Positions 27,350 to 40,634 of a stretch of 64,000 nucleotides of DNA are shown in pieces. The position numbers and the translations under genes are program-made. How positions within the stretch are numbered: position 1 is the first letter of the stretch; every line of letters begins with the position of its first letter. Under the pieces are notes generated by a model. The model had not been told where the DNA came from, did no database searches, and saw nothing but the letters and a program-made list of their open reading frames with translations. The stretch is from Podarcis liolepis (Eukaryota), in NCBI GenBank assembly GCA_965112155.1, contig OZ218099.1. One strand, written 5' to 3'.

Positions 27350-27737
27350 CACTCAAACAGTGTGACAAACGCACTGGCACAGGCAGCCCTCAAAAACCTG
27401 GGCTGCCCCAAGGCGTTGCTGGAAGCCATTCTTTTAAATGGCACGTCCATTCTTCAAACGGAAGGGGCTCCGTGGATGAGCGCCTGTTTTCCACGCAGGA
27501 CATGCCGCGTTCAGTGCCCGGCTTCTCCGCAGCGGGCTGGGAACGTCCCTTGCCTGAAACCCCGGGGAGAGCTGCTGGCTGCCTGGGTGGACAATACGGA
27601 GCTGGAGGGGCCACTTCGGTCCGGCTCGTTTAGATCGCGTTGTCCGACGCGCGCTCGGCGCTGCGCGTAAGAAGCCCCCGGACCGCAGCCCAGACGCCCT
27701 CCCGCTTAGCCTCCCTCTAGCGCCCGGCGCCCCTTAC

Positions 27738-27810
27738 CTGCCCCCGTCCGGGGAAGTCCGCGCCACAGGAGGGCCAGCAAGCAGACCAGGCGCCTCGCCA
27801 GCTGTGCCAT
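27738..27810 (-). CDS. COL5A3: Collagen V alpha-3 exon 1 (signal peptide MAQLARRLVCLLALLWRGLPRTGA)
   Basis: ATG at 27810 inside a CpG island, hydrophobic leader, CAG|GTAAGG donor. Phase 1 joins exon 2 to give GAT (Asp). Confidence 0.75.
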
Positions 27811-28952
27811 CCTCGCTCGGCGCCGGGATCGCACAGGGCGCTTCCCTGCTCCGCTCGCAGACTCCGCGGGGAGGCGCGCAGGCAGCGCCGCGGCCAGAGA
27901 GGGGCGGGAGAGACGCGCCCGCCCCGCCCCGCGCCCGCCCCCGATCGCGCCCGGCAGGCGCCCCGGCGGGAGGGGACGCGAAGGGGCTTCCCTGAGCCGG
28001 ACGCCGCGCGCTCCCACGGGCGGCTAAGAGTTGAGGAGCGGGCTGCCCCAGAGCGGGGAAGGGAGCGCGCCCTGACTTTCCTCAGGGTACTCATCAGGAA
28101 CAGCATGTTACCGCTGTCTCTGCCTCCGTCTGTCTCTCTCTCACACGCACAGACAAATGCCCCTTCACTCAGCACACACACACACACACCTGATAATTCC
28201 CACTTTATTATTAGTATCCCTTATTGGATTTCTAGACTGCAGCTGGTGGTGTTCAGATTGAGGCTATGTACAGGGAGGTCAGGCTGGCTCTGGAGGGTGT
28301 CAGGTTGGGCATTTGCGAGGACCGGAGGCCGGCAAAGGGCGCCTCACTCCCCTAGCAGTGCTCGCATTTCCACTTAGAATGAGCGCCCAGAAACAGGAAC
28401 ACTCGCAGTGTGCGCGCCTGCTTCTTCCAGGTCAGGGTAGTGGAGGTGGTAAAGTCGAATGCCTTTATTGGGGGTGGGGGTGGGACACTGGTGGAGGTGC
28501 AAGTGCCAGCATTCAACTTGCAGATGGAGAAGGCTAGCAAAGCCCCTGGGAGCCCAGGCATGTTAGGACGCAGGGCCAGGGAAGCTGGGGAATGAGAGCT
28601 ATGCAGTGCAGCCCTCTCCTCCTTATTCTGTTCCCTCAGGATGGGGCACCCAAAGGGAGGATTTGCAGCATCAGGCAGTTTTCTAGTCAGGGAGCCTGTG
28701 CTGAGTTATGGGGCCTGAGCTCGGAAGTCATGGGGACCTCCTCTTCCTCCACCTACCCCACCTCTCAATCAACAACTCACAATGCTCCTTGGCTCCTTCT
28801 ATCCATCACACACAACTCCTAATATCGCTGCGTTGATGAATATGTTATCAAGTGTCATATCATTTCAGCTGCAGTAGCTCGGGGCAGTTGCACCTCAGCC
28901 CTGCTCATATATCTTCGGCTCTGCTCATATTCCTTTAAGGCAAACAAACATG

Positions 28953-29452
28953 CATAGGCGCCGACTCCATGGGGCCTGAGGGGGCCCGAGCCCCCTCAAA
29001 AATTCATTTGGGGGGGCTCCGCCCCCCCAATAATTTAAGAAAATTATTAGGCACCTTGCCAAAAACCGCACAGGGGACTCCGGCGCGCGCCTCCCAAAGT
29101 GACCGGGAGCTCCTGAGAAGGGGCAGGCAGGTCAGTCAGTCAGAGGAAGACCCCCAGCGGCGGGACTTTAGAAAGGAATGGAGCCGCGGGGCCGAGGAAT
29201 GGCGTATTCGTCGCCGGCGAGGGACCGGGGTGAGGGGAGAATGGAGGGGACGGGAGTTCCCGCCGCCGGAGCGGGGCTTTTTTTCTGGGTTCGGCTAAGG
29301 TGACGTTGGTAGGAGGGGGTGGCCGCCTCCCGGCGCGAAGCCTGGGGAGGGCAGGCCGGTTCTTGCATGCAAAAGCACCACTGCCATCCTGCCGCCAGTA
29401 TGGACCCCGGTATGGGCCCCCCCCCAATATTTTTTATAAGTCGGCGCCCCTG
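28953..29452. mobile_element. Non-autonomous hAT-type element, 500 bp, CpG-rich interior
   Basis: TIRs CATAGGCGCCGACT / CAGGGGCGCCGACT; perfect 8-bp TSD CAAACATG (28945-28952, 29453-29460). Confidence 0.9.
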
Positions 29453-31642
29453 CAAACATGACACATAATCCCACACAATCACTCTTGCATTGGCCTCAGT
29501 CCCAGCAGCGTCAGGGCAGATGAAGAGTCCTGCTGGATCAGACCAACATTCAGTGCAGCGAGGTGTTCAGGTGGCTTTAGAGAAACCCACAATCAGGATG
29601 TGAGTGCATAAGGCATCGCATCACTGCTGCATTTGCCACAGGGTGAATGCGTCACCAACAGCCAATAAAACAGCCCTCCCCCCCCCCCCGTGGGAATAAG
29701 ATTATGAGATTAGAAGACCCCAGTAGGATTCCCACCACAGACAGACCCTGCTCCTGTGCTTTTAAGCAGCAGTCTCCTAAAATAGAAATTTTGTAGAGAA
29801 AGCTTTTCCCGCCAATTATTCCAGTTTCAGGTTTGCTTAATATCTACCGATCAGGCTGCTCTTCGAGGCACAGGGTCAGAGGAAGACAGTGTCCCTTGAA
29901 GCCAAAGGGCTATCCTGTCCAATGTCCCTGTTGCCAAACAGGCCCAATCAGAAATCACCTCTCTTCCGACCAGCGAGGGAGAGCATGTGTCCTAGATGGA
30001 GGGTTGCAACCAATCCCAGTTACTTCTGCTCTGATTTCCTGAGTGCATTTTCAGAATCCAGCAATGTGAGCAGCCCTGCAGGAGTGACTAAATGTTTATT
30101 TATTATTTAATTTTTATACCACTTACGGTAATATATTAAATATATATCTAAGGAATGTACAGAAAACAGAAGCAACAACAGACAACTTAAGCAAAATATT
30201 ACAAAAGTACATTGTTACATATAAAAATGTTACATTAATACAAAGTTACTAATTTATATAAATCAATAACAATTATTTCCCCTTCTAACACACCCTTCCC
30301 TCAGCCTCTGGGTTCTCACCCAGGGACCAAACCAACTCAGCTCACCCACAGAAAGCCCACAATGAGAAGAGTTCCTGGACACAGTGGACATCACCCACTC
30401 TAGACTTTTATGGGCAGGCCCAAGGTGGGTGGTCCTTCCTCAGGCTGCCCACTGCTGTGCCCCATTCAGCTGCATTATCCACACACAGGTCTAGGTACAG
30501 CAGTTTGTGGTGTTTTCAAGGGGGTTCAAAGGATGGGGAAAGCACTCACAGCTCTTTCTTCACCCTCTGTCCTCTCTTCCTCCTCCTCCAGCTCCAAAGA
30601 TAGCCCAGGTGGTCTCTGCTGCTGTTGCTGCCAATCCTGCCAATGGTAGTTCATGTCAGGCAGCAGCTGTGGAAGCTGAGGCTCAGTTACCTCTGCAAGG
30701 TGGGTCTTCCAGGATTCACAGCCAAGATGGTATCTGCCATGGAAAATAGAAATGCTGTGTCAAGTTCCCCACCATGCTCTCTTAGTCTTTCGTCCAGTTT
30801 ACCCCGTGCCCTGTTGCCATTACATGTCGTGTTTTCCCACCCCAGCAGCAGCAGGCGTACTGGGAGTAAGGTGACACCTGCAGTAAGCTGGCACATGCTC
30901 CCTCCCCTTTCTCTGCCTGGGCAAAAAAATGGCACATGCTCCTTTATTTTATTATTTTGTGCTGCCTATCCTGATCAATACATCACAGCTGACTGTTCGG
31001 TGCTTTCAGTCCTGTGATGAAACATGGACACACCAGTTTGACAAAGCTGCTTTCCTTCCCAGACAGAGGCCCCACTAAGCTCTTGCATGCAGAGGCAGCC
31101 ATAAAGGCAGGGCCAGCAGGAAGACTGGGCTGGTTCCAGCCTGGGGGCTGAGGGATGTTACTCCAGATACAGCTGTAAATATTTGCTGGGAACTTAACAA
31201 TCTGGGTCAACAATTTCGGAGCTGAGCCAGTGATTCATACCATGAGGCAACAGGATGACTCAGTCTCGTTCTCCCACCCCCAAGGACTTGTGGGGGGGGG
31301 TGAGAAGGAAGGGGGTGCGCAAAGGAACAGCCACAACAAACCCTAGAGATAGGGCAGATCCACTTGCCCTCTCATCCTCTCCCCTCATGGTAAACTTATA
31401 GTCAAGTCCCTTCTCAAAAATATGTGGGACTCTACATCTCTGTAGGATGGGAGGAAGGTCATCAATAGAAAACAGGTACACCCATTGTCTGGTGAAAGAG
31501 TTGGGGGAAACGTGGAGAGGCAATCCTAATGTGGAAAGATGAGGGGGCAACTCAGACAGTGGATTTTGTGCAGCAGGCTATGCAGACTGGACACCGTCTG
31601 GGGTAGGATGAGACCTCCTGGGGAGGGCGGTATATAAATTCT

Positions 31643-31643
31643 A

Positions 31644-31688
<45 letters not shown>
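31643..31688. repeat. (ATG)n microsatellite
   Basis: Read directly. Confidence 0.9.
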
Positions 31689-32404
31689 TTTCCCTGCAAA
31701 AATGAGAGGAAGGGATGCAAAGGCAATGGGAAGAATTTCCCATGGGATTGTATACTATGCTGATTAGTGGGAGATTGATGCCATATGAATTTTCTGCCCC
31801 AAACCCCAAAATATCTTCTTTTGCAATCCCATTTTACATAGTGGAAGACTGCACCACCCATGATAATGAAAGTTGGCAGTCTGATTACAGTATTAAGATG
31901 TGGTGTTTTCTCAACAGAACAAATCTTACAAGTGGATTTTGCATGAGAAATGAGCACACCTTCATTGTGCAACCAACAGAAGGTAGATAACGGCCCTGAA
32001 AACATCAGCCCTCGGCACACAGCTAGGACCTACCGTACTTCTTTACTGAGATACAGTCAAATTGTGCCTGGGCCGCTGTCACTTCCCTTCATTTGGTTGG
32101 CCAAGGCCAAAGGAAGATAGCACCACCCCCCTACAGAACACACTCCCAGGGACTTTTGAAATAAAGGGCAGATTTAAACTTTTAGGGAATTTTCGATTTT
32201 ATTTTTTAAAACCACATCCTTTCAATTCCCTAATTGATTCAGCGGGGCCTGTTTGGTCCCAGCACAGCCTAGAGGGGTGAAGCAACATCTTGATCATCTG
32301 CCAAGGCCTGAGCCATTGTTTGGGTATATCGCCATCTAGTGACAGAGATCAGAAACACAGAACTGCAGAAACACAGAACTGCAAACGTCAGGCCCAAAGG
32401 ATCT

Positions 32405-33180
32405 TGTTGTTTAGACTCTTCGTGACCCCCTGGACCAGAGCACGGCAGGCACTCCTGTCTTCCACTGCCTCCTGCAGTTTGGTGAAACTCATGTTCGTAG
32501 TTTCGAGAACACTGTCCAACCATCTTGTCCTCTGTCGTCCCCTTCTCCTTGTGCCCTCCATCTTTCCCAGCATCAGGGTCTTTCCCAGGGAGTCTTCTCT
32601 TCTCATGAGGTGGCCAAAGGATTGGAGCCTTAGTTTCATGATCTGTCCTTCCAGTGAGCACTCAGGGCTGATTTCCTTAAGAATGAATCATAGAATCATA
32701 GAGTTGGAAGAGACCACAAGGGCCATCGAGTCCAACCCCCTGCCAAGCAGGAAACACCATCAGAGCACCATCTACACCATCCACATCAAATGGATAGGTT
32801 TGATCTTCTTGCAGTCCATAGGACTCTCAAGAGTCTCATCCAGCACCAGAATTCAAAAGTCTCAATTTGTTAGCGATCAGCCTTCTTTATAGTCCAGCTC
32901 TCACTTCCATACATCACTACTGGGAAAACCATAGCTTTAAGTATACAGTACAGACCTTTGTCAGCAAAGTGATATCTCTGCTTTTTAAGATGCTGTCTAG
33001 GTTTGTCATTGCTGTTCTCCCAAGAAGCAGGCGTCTTTTAATTTCGTGGCTGCTGTCACCATCTGCAGTGATCATGGAGCTCAAGAAAGTAAAATCTCTC
33101 ACTGCCTCCATTTCTTCCCCTTCTATTTGCCAGAAGGTGATGGCCATGACCTCCTGGCAAATAGAAGGGGAAGAAATGGA
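32405..33180 (-). mobile_element. BovB (RTE) LINE 3' fragment with nested CR1-type tail (about 32685-32770) and a 5' fold-back
   Basis: Minus-strand peptides FGHLMRREDSLGKTLMLGK...GRQRTRWLD and EIKRRLLLGR...DITLLTKV; CTAAACAAC tail. Confidence 0.9.
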
Positions 33181-34077
33181 TCTAGACCCCTATATTATAC
33201 AAGCATGTGACATAAAGCATCGCTTCACATTCCTGTCCCTCACTTGGATCCCGATTCTCCCAGACTTGCATTACCTATTGTCACACCCTTGTTTTCTGCA
33301 TTAATTCACCTGGTGTAATTAGTACCATTCCCCTGGTTTTGCTTTAAAATTGGTAACATGTTACTGAATTCCCCCATGTCATTTGTAGCATGGACTGGAA
33401 AACTGAAGGAAACTGAAGAAAGACATCTCTTTAAAAACAACTGTATAGATGTAAATCATAACTGTTGTCTTCTGAGTGTTCTAAAGGCTTTACACATATT
33501 ATCTCATCAAGGACTCCGTAAGGCAAATCTGAATTATTACCCTCCATATTTCAGTTGGAGGCAAAAGACTGAGAGATCATTGCTTGCCCAACTAAACTCG
33601 GGACTTCCTGGCTAATAGAGCACTCTTTTAGCCACATGTTAACTGTATCAGTCTTCATTCTGATTATTGTTTAACTACCCAGTTATAAATACACATTCAT
33701 GTTGGGTGTGCACTAACATGCCTGCCTGCACATATAGGGTTTCTAGTTTTTATGTTTTCCTAAGGTGCCTAAGATCTGACAGCTATTCATCCACCAGGCC
33801 TGGCTGTGTTTGTCATGACCCACCAGAGTACATAACAGGGCAAAATGCTGGTCTTGTCTGTGAAAACTCCATAGGCGCAGCTGATGCAGCCCTGGGAAAT
33901 GCAGTCACAGGTTTTTGAGGGGTGGCCATCTGCCCTGAAGGAGCTCAGAGCTTCCCCCGCCCAGCCCAGCCCTGTCACCAGCTCAAGCCTCCAGCTGATC
34001 CCTGGGTCACATGCTGGAGGAGCTCTGTCATTCTCTCAACCCTGATCCCTTCGGGCACCACTCACTGCAGCTCAGCC

Positions 34078-34183
34078 ATGGCCAAGGCGGCTCCACGCAC
34101 TGTGCTTATCACCGGCTGCTCCTCGGGCATCGGGCTGCGCATGGCTGTGCAACTGGCGCAGGACCCAAGCAAGCGATTTCACG
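34078..34183 (+). CDS. RDH8: RDH8 exon 1 (MAKAAPRTVLITGCSSGIG...RFH)
   Basis: GCCATGG Kozak context, TGxxxGxG motif, GTGAGA donor. Confidence 0.92.
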
Positions 34184-35141
34184 GTGAGACTGGGGCATCC
34201 GCTAAGGGGGTTGGCATGGAACTTGCTCGGGGGAGGATTGTGTGCTCTTTTTGGAATTCTGAAACTCTGGTGTGGGACCTCTTGCAGAGGAGCAAACCCA
34301 CATGGAGGAAACGGGGTACCCACAAAGCTCTGCACTGTTCAGCCCTGCAACTTGCAGGAAGGGACTGTGGAACCAGGGAGGGTGATAATCAGAGAGTTAC
34401 AAGAATGCAGCATGCTCTGCTTTTCTCCCTTGAGCCAGCCATTATTCTCAGGGCTCTGTTATGGTCTGGCAGCTAGAGCATGCCGCCACACCCACCCTGG
34501 CATCTTCACGCCCAGGGAATGTGCCTGCCTGTGCTGCCCACCCAATTGGACGTCCCTTCGGTATTGCAGGAACTTTGCTATATTCTCTGCCTGTTTCCCA
34601 GGATTTCCCCCCAGCAGCTACACTTCCAGCCACCAACTCCTTTGCCCACTTCCCACCTCCACCTCCAAATCTCCCCCAACCCACTGCTGCCCTATTTTCC
34701 ACAGGCTAAGCAGAAACAAGCCATTCCTCTTTGCCCAGCAATTTGGCTGGACCCAGACACTGTCCAAAGGCCACTTGCATAACAAACTACACATGACATG
34801 GGGGTAAGAATGTTACCAAAGCCCAGCTCTTCTCTGCCCCACCCCCACCCTCTCCATTCCAGTCCCACCTACTTTGCTCTTTGCTTGCCATGGGAAGCAG
34901 AATCCTAATGAGAAGCCTCGTGCTGCTCACACAGTCCAGAGTTAAGTAACTAGATCAGGAAGGTGCTGAGTCCAAAGGGCATTAGGGAGAGAGTGTTCTG
35001 TTAGGTAAGGCACGACGGACTGACATACATTTGTATGTGCACAAACACCAGATACGTGCAGCAACACAAACACCTGTGTGTTCAACAGCAGACACAAACA
35101 TTGTTTGCCCAGTATGCACAGCTTTCCAAAACCACACGGCT

Positions 35142-35207
<66 letters not shown>
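35142..35207. repeat. (CT)n(CA)n compound microsatellite
   Basis: Read directly. Confidence 0.9.
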
Positions 35208-35211
<4 letters not shown>

Positions 35212-37447
35212 TGCATCTACAACATGTCCCACTGGCAGAAATGTCACAAGGACAGACTTGCTAGATCAGGCTAAAACATTCATCTAGTCCAGCATACTGT
35301 TTATAGAAGCAGCCAATCTGGTGTTTCTGGAAGCTCAATAAAAGGGGCAGGGCAGGAATGATCATCCTCTTCTTGTCCATCCCCCCAAATCTATATTCTA
35401 AAGTCCACTGCTCCTATACATGTAGGCTCCATTTTGATATCATGGGCAATAGACATTAATAGACCTATTCCCGCCTACCCGTGAGTTTGAACAAGCCTTT
35501 ATTAAGGCCATCTAAACTGGTGACAGTCACCTCATACATCATACACAACAAGAAAAGTATCACATGTGGTGGCAGTGAGTTAACACAGCCTGCAATCGCA
35601 TTGCACGTATATAAACACATTGTGTCGCTTGCTCCCCAGACTGAAAAACCTTATGAAACGCTCACACTTCCGATTGCAAATACAATCACAAATACCATTA
35701 CCAAAAGAGTCTAGAGTTCTTTGCTAATTCCCTCCCCCCCCCCCTACATTCTGTGACAACAGAGAAATGCCCTATTGGATTAAATTACATGTGTGGAGGA
35801 TATTAGCTCCCCTCACCCCCAGTCTCTCTTAGCTATTGGAATACAGGAGGGAGAAGAGTAGGATTTTAAAGGATATTAGTAGGAGACAGATTGTTGGGGC
35901 AGGTGATTGGAGTCTTTGAAAAGGAAAGAGGAAGGTGGGCAAGGTAGATTAAGAAAGCTTCATCTGGGTAGCCTGATTACAACATTTAAAGCTGTTTGTC
36001 TACAATTGTGGGGTCTAGAAACTTGATTTTAAAAAAATAAAATAAAACCAATACACCTGAATTGAGCACCGTAGACCTCTGCTATGCAGGATGCTGCTTG
36101 AAACCAAACAAGAAGCTTTAGCCCTTTGCAATTTGAGGCCAGAATGAGAGAAAGCACAAAGAATCCTCACCTGCCAGCATAAAGCAAAGCTATGAATCAG
36201 GGTGTCAGCCTTGCAGCTTCCTTCCACATGAACTTAAGCAAACAACCCTCCCTTGACCTTCCTTACCTCATCTGCAATGTGGAACAGGATCAGGCCTCAC
36301 ACCAGGTCAGGCTATTTGTTCATCTAACACAGTATTCTCTCTGCTCTTACTGGCAGCAGATTCCAGAGTCACAGGGAGACATTTTGCATCCCTCACACCT
36401 GTTTACCTGGTCCTTTAAAAACAAAACAAAAACTAGAGATGCCAGGGACTGAAATGGAGAACTTCTGAGTCCAAAGCGTTGCTCTGTCCCTGGGCTATAT
36501 CCCCTCCCCAAAGGGTATTAGCCGAGGGCAATGCCCAGTATGTCCTTGACTACCAAACTGCCAAAATTGGGTGGTGGGTAATAACACTAAGCTACCTTGC
36601 AAGTTTGATGTAAGGATTACTGTAACTGGGGGGGTTGATGCATTTTGAACCCCCTGGATGTGTTATCTAAATGCTAAGTATTATACAGCTGTGTGCTGCA
36701 GCATATTTAGACCCGGGTTTGGGGGCCTGTGGGCTTTGCAGGAGCTATTCGACACCCAAGCGCTTTGGATGGTTCTGGAGGGTTCTCTGCCCTTTATATA
36801 TGCTAAGTGCTCTTGTTACATAACTCCCCATCCATGGTGTGTCTGTGTGTTTTGTGGTTGATATGCATTATCCTCATCATTATTTCTCAAAGAGAGGCAC
36901 ACACAAAACCACATGTATAAAATCCAAGCATAAGCATAGAAAAACATAAGTGCACACACGTGTTGCTAGTAGTCTTGGCAACAAAGTATTCCTCTCCCCC
37001 CACCTTCCCTCCACAGAGGGGATTAACGGACAGAGGGATTTAGCATCATGACCCCAAAGCGGCTTACAATGCATGAATCCTCAATTGCCCTCTTGACCCC
37101 TAGCAAAAAAGCTCACATTCCCTACCTCTGAGCTAGCCAATTGGCTCCCTGGGCCACACAGGTGTCAGGCTATGTAACAGCAAACTGACTTTGAGGAGGC
37201 AGGGGAGCATGTCTATGAGCTACTGGACCCCCCTCCCCCCTCTGAGTTCTTTCTGAGCTGGAGAAGCTTCAGGGTTCCTGACCCACTCTTCTCAAGATGT
37301 TCAGTTTTCATTAAAATGCATTCAAGTCTCTAGTCCTTGTAGGGATCTGATTAAATGCATACAGGCTTTTTTCCACATGATTGCTCAGTAAAAAGCAAAG
37401 CTGCTGGTGGTTTTCAGTGCTCTGTCCAATGAGTGCAAAGCTCTTGG

Positions 37448-37448
<1 letters not shown>

Positions 37449-37487
<39 letters not shown>
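37449..37487. repeat. (CA)n microsatellite
   Basis: Read directly. Confidence 0.9.
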
Positions 37488-37490
<3 letters not shown>

Positions 37491-37578
37491 AGAATACTAA
37501 TTTAAACCTGTGGGGTTAGATGTATATTACTATGCACACTTTGGCAGTTTTTCATGGACATGATGTTCCTCCAATCTA

Positions 37579-37988
37579 CCGTATTTTCCGTTCTATAGGA
37601 CGCACATTTCCCCCTCCAAAAATTAAGGGGAAATGTGTGTGCGTCCTATAGAGCGAATGCAGGCTGCGCCGCTAAGCCCAAAGCCAGAACAGGAAGACGG
37701 AGCACTGCGGAGCGCTCCGTCTCGCTGCTCTAGCTTGGGGACGGCTGCGCGCAAACCTCTGCAGGGCAGCGGGGCGCTGCGCTCCAAAGGCTTCAGGGAT
37801 CTTTGAGGCTGGCGGTGGGGGGAAGCAGCACTTTCCCCCACCGCCAGCCCCACAAGCTCTGGTGAATGTACCTTGAACGCACCTTGTTTTAGAGGGGGAG
37901 AACAAGAAAAAAAAATTTCCCTGTTCTCCCCCTCCTATGGTCCGGTGCGTCCTATGGTCCGGTGCGTCCAATGGAGCGAAAAATACGG
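37579..37988. mobile_element. Tc1/mariner (pogo-type) MITE, 410 bp, in RDH8 intron 1
   Basis: TIRs CCGTATTTT / AAAATACGG flanked by TA on both sides; subterminal GCGTCC repeats; CpGs retained. Confidence 0.88.
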
Positions 37989-38054
37989 TACTCTGAATGC
38001 ATCTCAGCACCACAGAACATTTGGCTATGCTCCTGTGCACTGTCTCCCTTCCAG

Positions 38055-38216
38055 TCATTGCCACCATGCGCGACCTGCGCAAGAAGGACAAGCTGGAGGC
38101 AGCTGCTGGGGACACACTCAACAGGACCCTCAGCATCCAGCGCCTTGATGTCTGCAATGATGAGTCTGTGGCTGAGTGCATCAACAGCCTTCCTGAGAAA
38201 CGACTGGATGTTCTAG
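38055..38216 (+). CDS. RDH8: RDH8 exon 2 (VIATMRDL...LDVC...RLDVL)
   Basis: CCAG acceptor, GTAAGG donor, conserved ATMRDL motif. Confidence 0.92.
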   Translation, partial: SLPPCATCARRTSWRQLLGTHSTGPSASSALMSAMMSLWLSASTAFLRNDWMF

Positions 38217-40454
38217 GTAAGGTGCAGCCAGGGGGAACTCCTTCATCCTATGGCAGGGGTGGCCAACTCCTGAGGGACTTTCAGAATTAAAATCTGGCAG
38301 TGATCTACCCCATTTTATGCCCATTCTGTTGGGGTTCCGTTTTGGGGGCGGGGAGACTTTTAAGGGGAAAGGGGATTGTTGGTCCCTCACCAAAACAGCG
38401 CTGTGGAAGCATTTGGCCTCACAGCAAAATCTCCGTCTTCCCTTACGGAGCTCAGGAGAAACCCAGGCAGGGGTCTCCTGGGCAAAAAGCAAAGGAAAAT
38501 GAGCGATCTACTGTGGTGAGGAAAGGAAGGTGCTAAAGGGAATTCAGCCGAGGGTGCTTTCTACTCTATTAAGTGCGTGCCCGACCACATCTTCTCTCCT
38601 GAAGCTTAATTACTCATGCAGGTTTCATAAGCAGGTTTTATTCAGCTCTTGAAGGGCAGGCATTTTCTCTGCCCAAGAGAAAGACGGGAGAAGCCCGTCT
38701 GGTAGGCAGGAGTTGCCTTCTCTGCAGCTTTCATCCTCAAGCGCAGCACTTCACTGCCGCTCATGGGGGTGGTTGTCTGCCACACACTTACAAAGAAGAA
38801 ATCAAAGGGGCATGCTGCGGGGAGGAGGCTAAATATGATCCCTGCCCTTGGTGCCCCCCCCCCCGTCCCACCCACCACTGAGAATCCAGCCTGCTCCTTT
38901 CTGCGCATGCCCCCCCCATCATTGGTTCTCCCTCTTGGTCACTCTAGAGCAGGGGCTGGGGGAGCTTCTTCAGCCTGGGGGCCACATTCCCTTGGAGAGA
39001 ACCTTCTGAAGGGCGTGTGAATGTGGTGGGTGGAGCTGGAGGCCAAAAATGGGCAGAGCAAGGAACATGATCCTTATCTTTGTACCTTAGGCTGCATTCA
39101 AGACACATGGAAACCAAAGCCACATGCGCACACAGCTCCATCCTTCACCCAGGGAGCAAGCTATACCATCACAGCTCAGGGACACATTCCAACTAAGCAA
39201 TAAAAGCATAAATTAACTGCAGTTGATCCAGTTTGTAGATCAGGGTGCTCAATCCACTATCCTACTAAAATAGCTCATTGTTTTTGTTTCTGTTTCCCAT
39301 TGTTACATGTTGGTTTGTGTTTTCAGTTCAATGTGCTCAGGACCTTTCTCAGATCCTTAAATGTGTATGTTCCACAAGCACAGAAACTACTTTCAAGTGA
39401 GGTAAAACAATGAGTAGATAATGGTGCCCATAGCCTTGCTTCCAAGGAGAGTCAAAATCCAGGGAGCTCTGTTATTTATTAGATAAACAAGCAGGCATGC
39501 GCGCGCACACACACACACAGCACATGGCATAATATGGTACCTAGTTTATAAGAATGTACTAAAATAAGCTGACAGCCGCAGTGTAGGACTTCCTCTGTGT
39601 GAATCTGTCACAAACAATAGTAAAACCTGAGAGCCCTGTTATCACTGCATTCAACTGCCAGAATAAGAAGGGTCTATCTATTATCCTGGTGCTGTGGTAA
39701 ATGGTGTCATTGCCCTCAATGACATCCCCCTCTACTACACTACAGGTAGGAAAGCTGCAAAGGAAGTTTGATAGGTTCCTACCGGGCTGTGATATATCAG
39801 CAGCAAATTCACACACTCTCTCTCTGTCCAAAATGGGCCTCTGTCATCCGTCATGGCCCAGTCCCTTTTGTCATGTCTAAGAAGAGTGGGGTGCATTGTA
39901 TTTGCAGTTGCTAGGTACAGCTGTGATGATGAGATGCTGTGGTTGCCTAGCAACCACAATGTTTCCCATGGGGAGAGGCCATTTTGTATACCAAGTACAT
40001 GCTTGGGATACTAATTGTCCCAGGCTCTATCCCCTGTCCTCAGGCCTAACAAAGTGTCCACAACAGAGTTACAGCATTCACACATCTATCTCTAACATCC
40101 CTTCCCCAACCTGGTGCCCCCCCCCACATATTGTTAAATGGCACTTGTCATTATCTCTGACTGCTGGCCATGCTGGCAGGGACTCATGGAAGTTGTAGTC
40201 CAAAACAGCTGGAGGACGTAATGTTGGGCTAATCCGCAGGAAGAAATGACAGCCATTGATTGAGCATTGCAGGGGGGCGGGGGAAGAGCTCCTCTTAGGA
40301 GGAGAAAATGGAGAGGCATGATGAAACCAGGGGTGGAAATAAAGTGGGGACTTCCATTCCTGTCCAGACAACGCTCTGGCAGGATGGGAAGCTATGCTGG
40401 CAGGAAATTAATGGAACATAGATATTTCTTAATATCATAATTTATGTTCCCCAG

Positions 40455-40634
40455 TGAACAATGCCGGTGTGGGGCTCGTTGGGCCTGTAGAGTCCATTTC
40501 CATTGATGACATGAAGCGCATCTTTGAGACCAACTTCTTTGGTGCCATCCGCATGATCAAAGCTGTTCTCCCTGAAATGAAGCAAAGACAGAGAGGACAC
40601 ATTGTAGTGATCAGCAGCGTCATGGGATTGCAAG
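40455..40634 (+). CDS. RDH8: RDH8 exon 3 (VNNAGVGLVGP...ISSVMGLQ)
   Basis: NNAG motif and catalytic Ser; canonical splice sites. Confidence 0.93.

Larger units (their letters stand above)
1988..27810 (-). other. COL5A3: Gene span (5' part) of collagen type V alpha-3-like gene; coding exons 27738-27810, 4189-4356, 3703-3916, 1988-2150; remainder not found, presumably beyond position 1
   Basis: Four GT-AG exons with compatible phases (1,1,2,0) splice to a signal peptide plus the TSPN/LamG N-propeptide of clade-B fibrillar collagens. Head-to-head position with RDH8 matches human 19p13 synteny. Confidence 0.8.
26760..28100 (-). promoter_or_regulatory. CpG island / TATA-less promoter of the collagen gene with clustered GC boxes (about 27917-27942)
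   Basis: High GC and CpG density around exon 1; tandem CCGCCC motifs upstream of the ATG. Confidence 0.7.

Noticed and set aside
33655-33910. CRX-like (CTGATTA) and NRL-like motifs upstream of RDH8
   Set aside because: Too short to distinguish from chance without conservation data.
33922-34476. 184-aa ORF extending RDH8 exon 1 in both directions
   Set aside because: Non-ATG start and read-through into intron 1; the supported CDS starts at ATG 34078 and splices at 34183.
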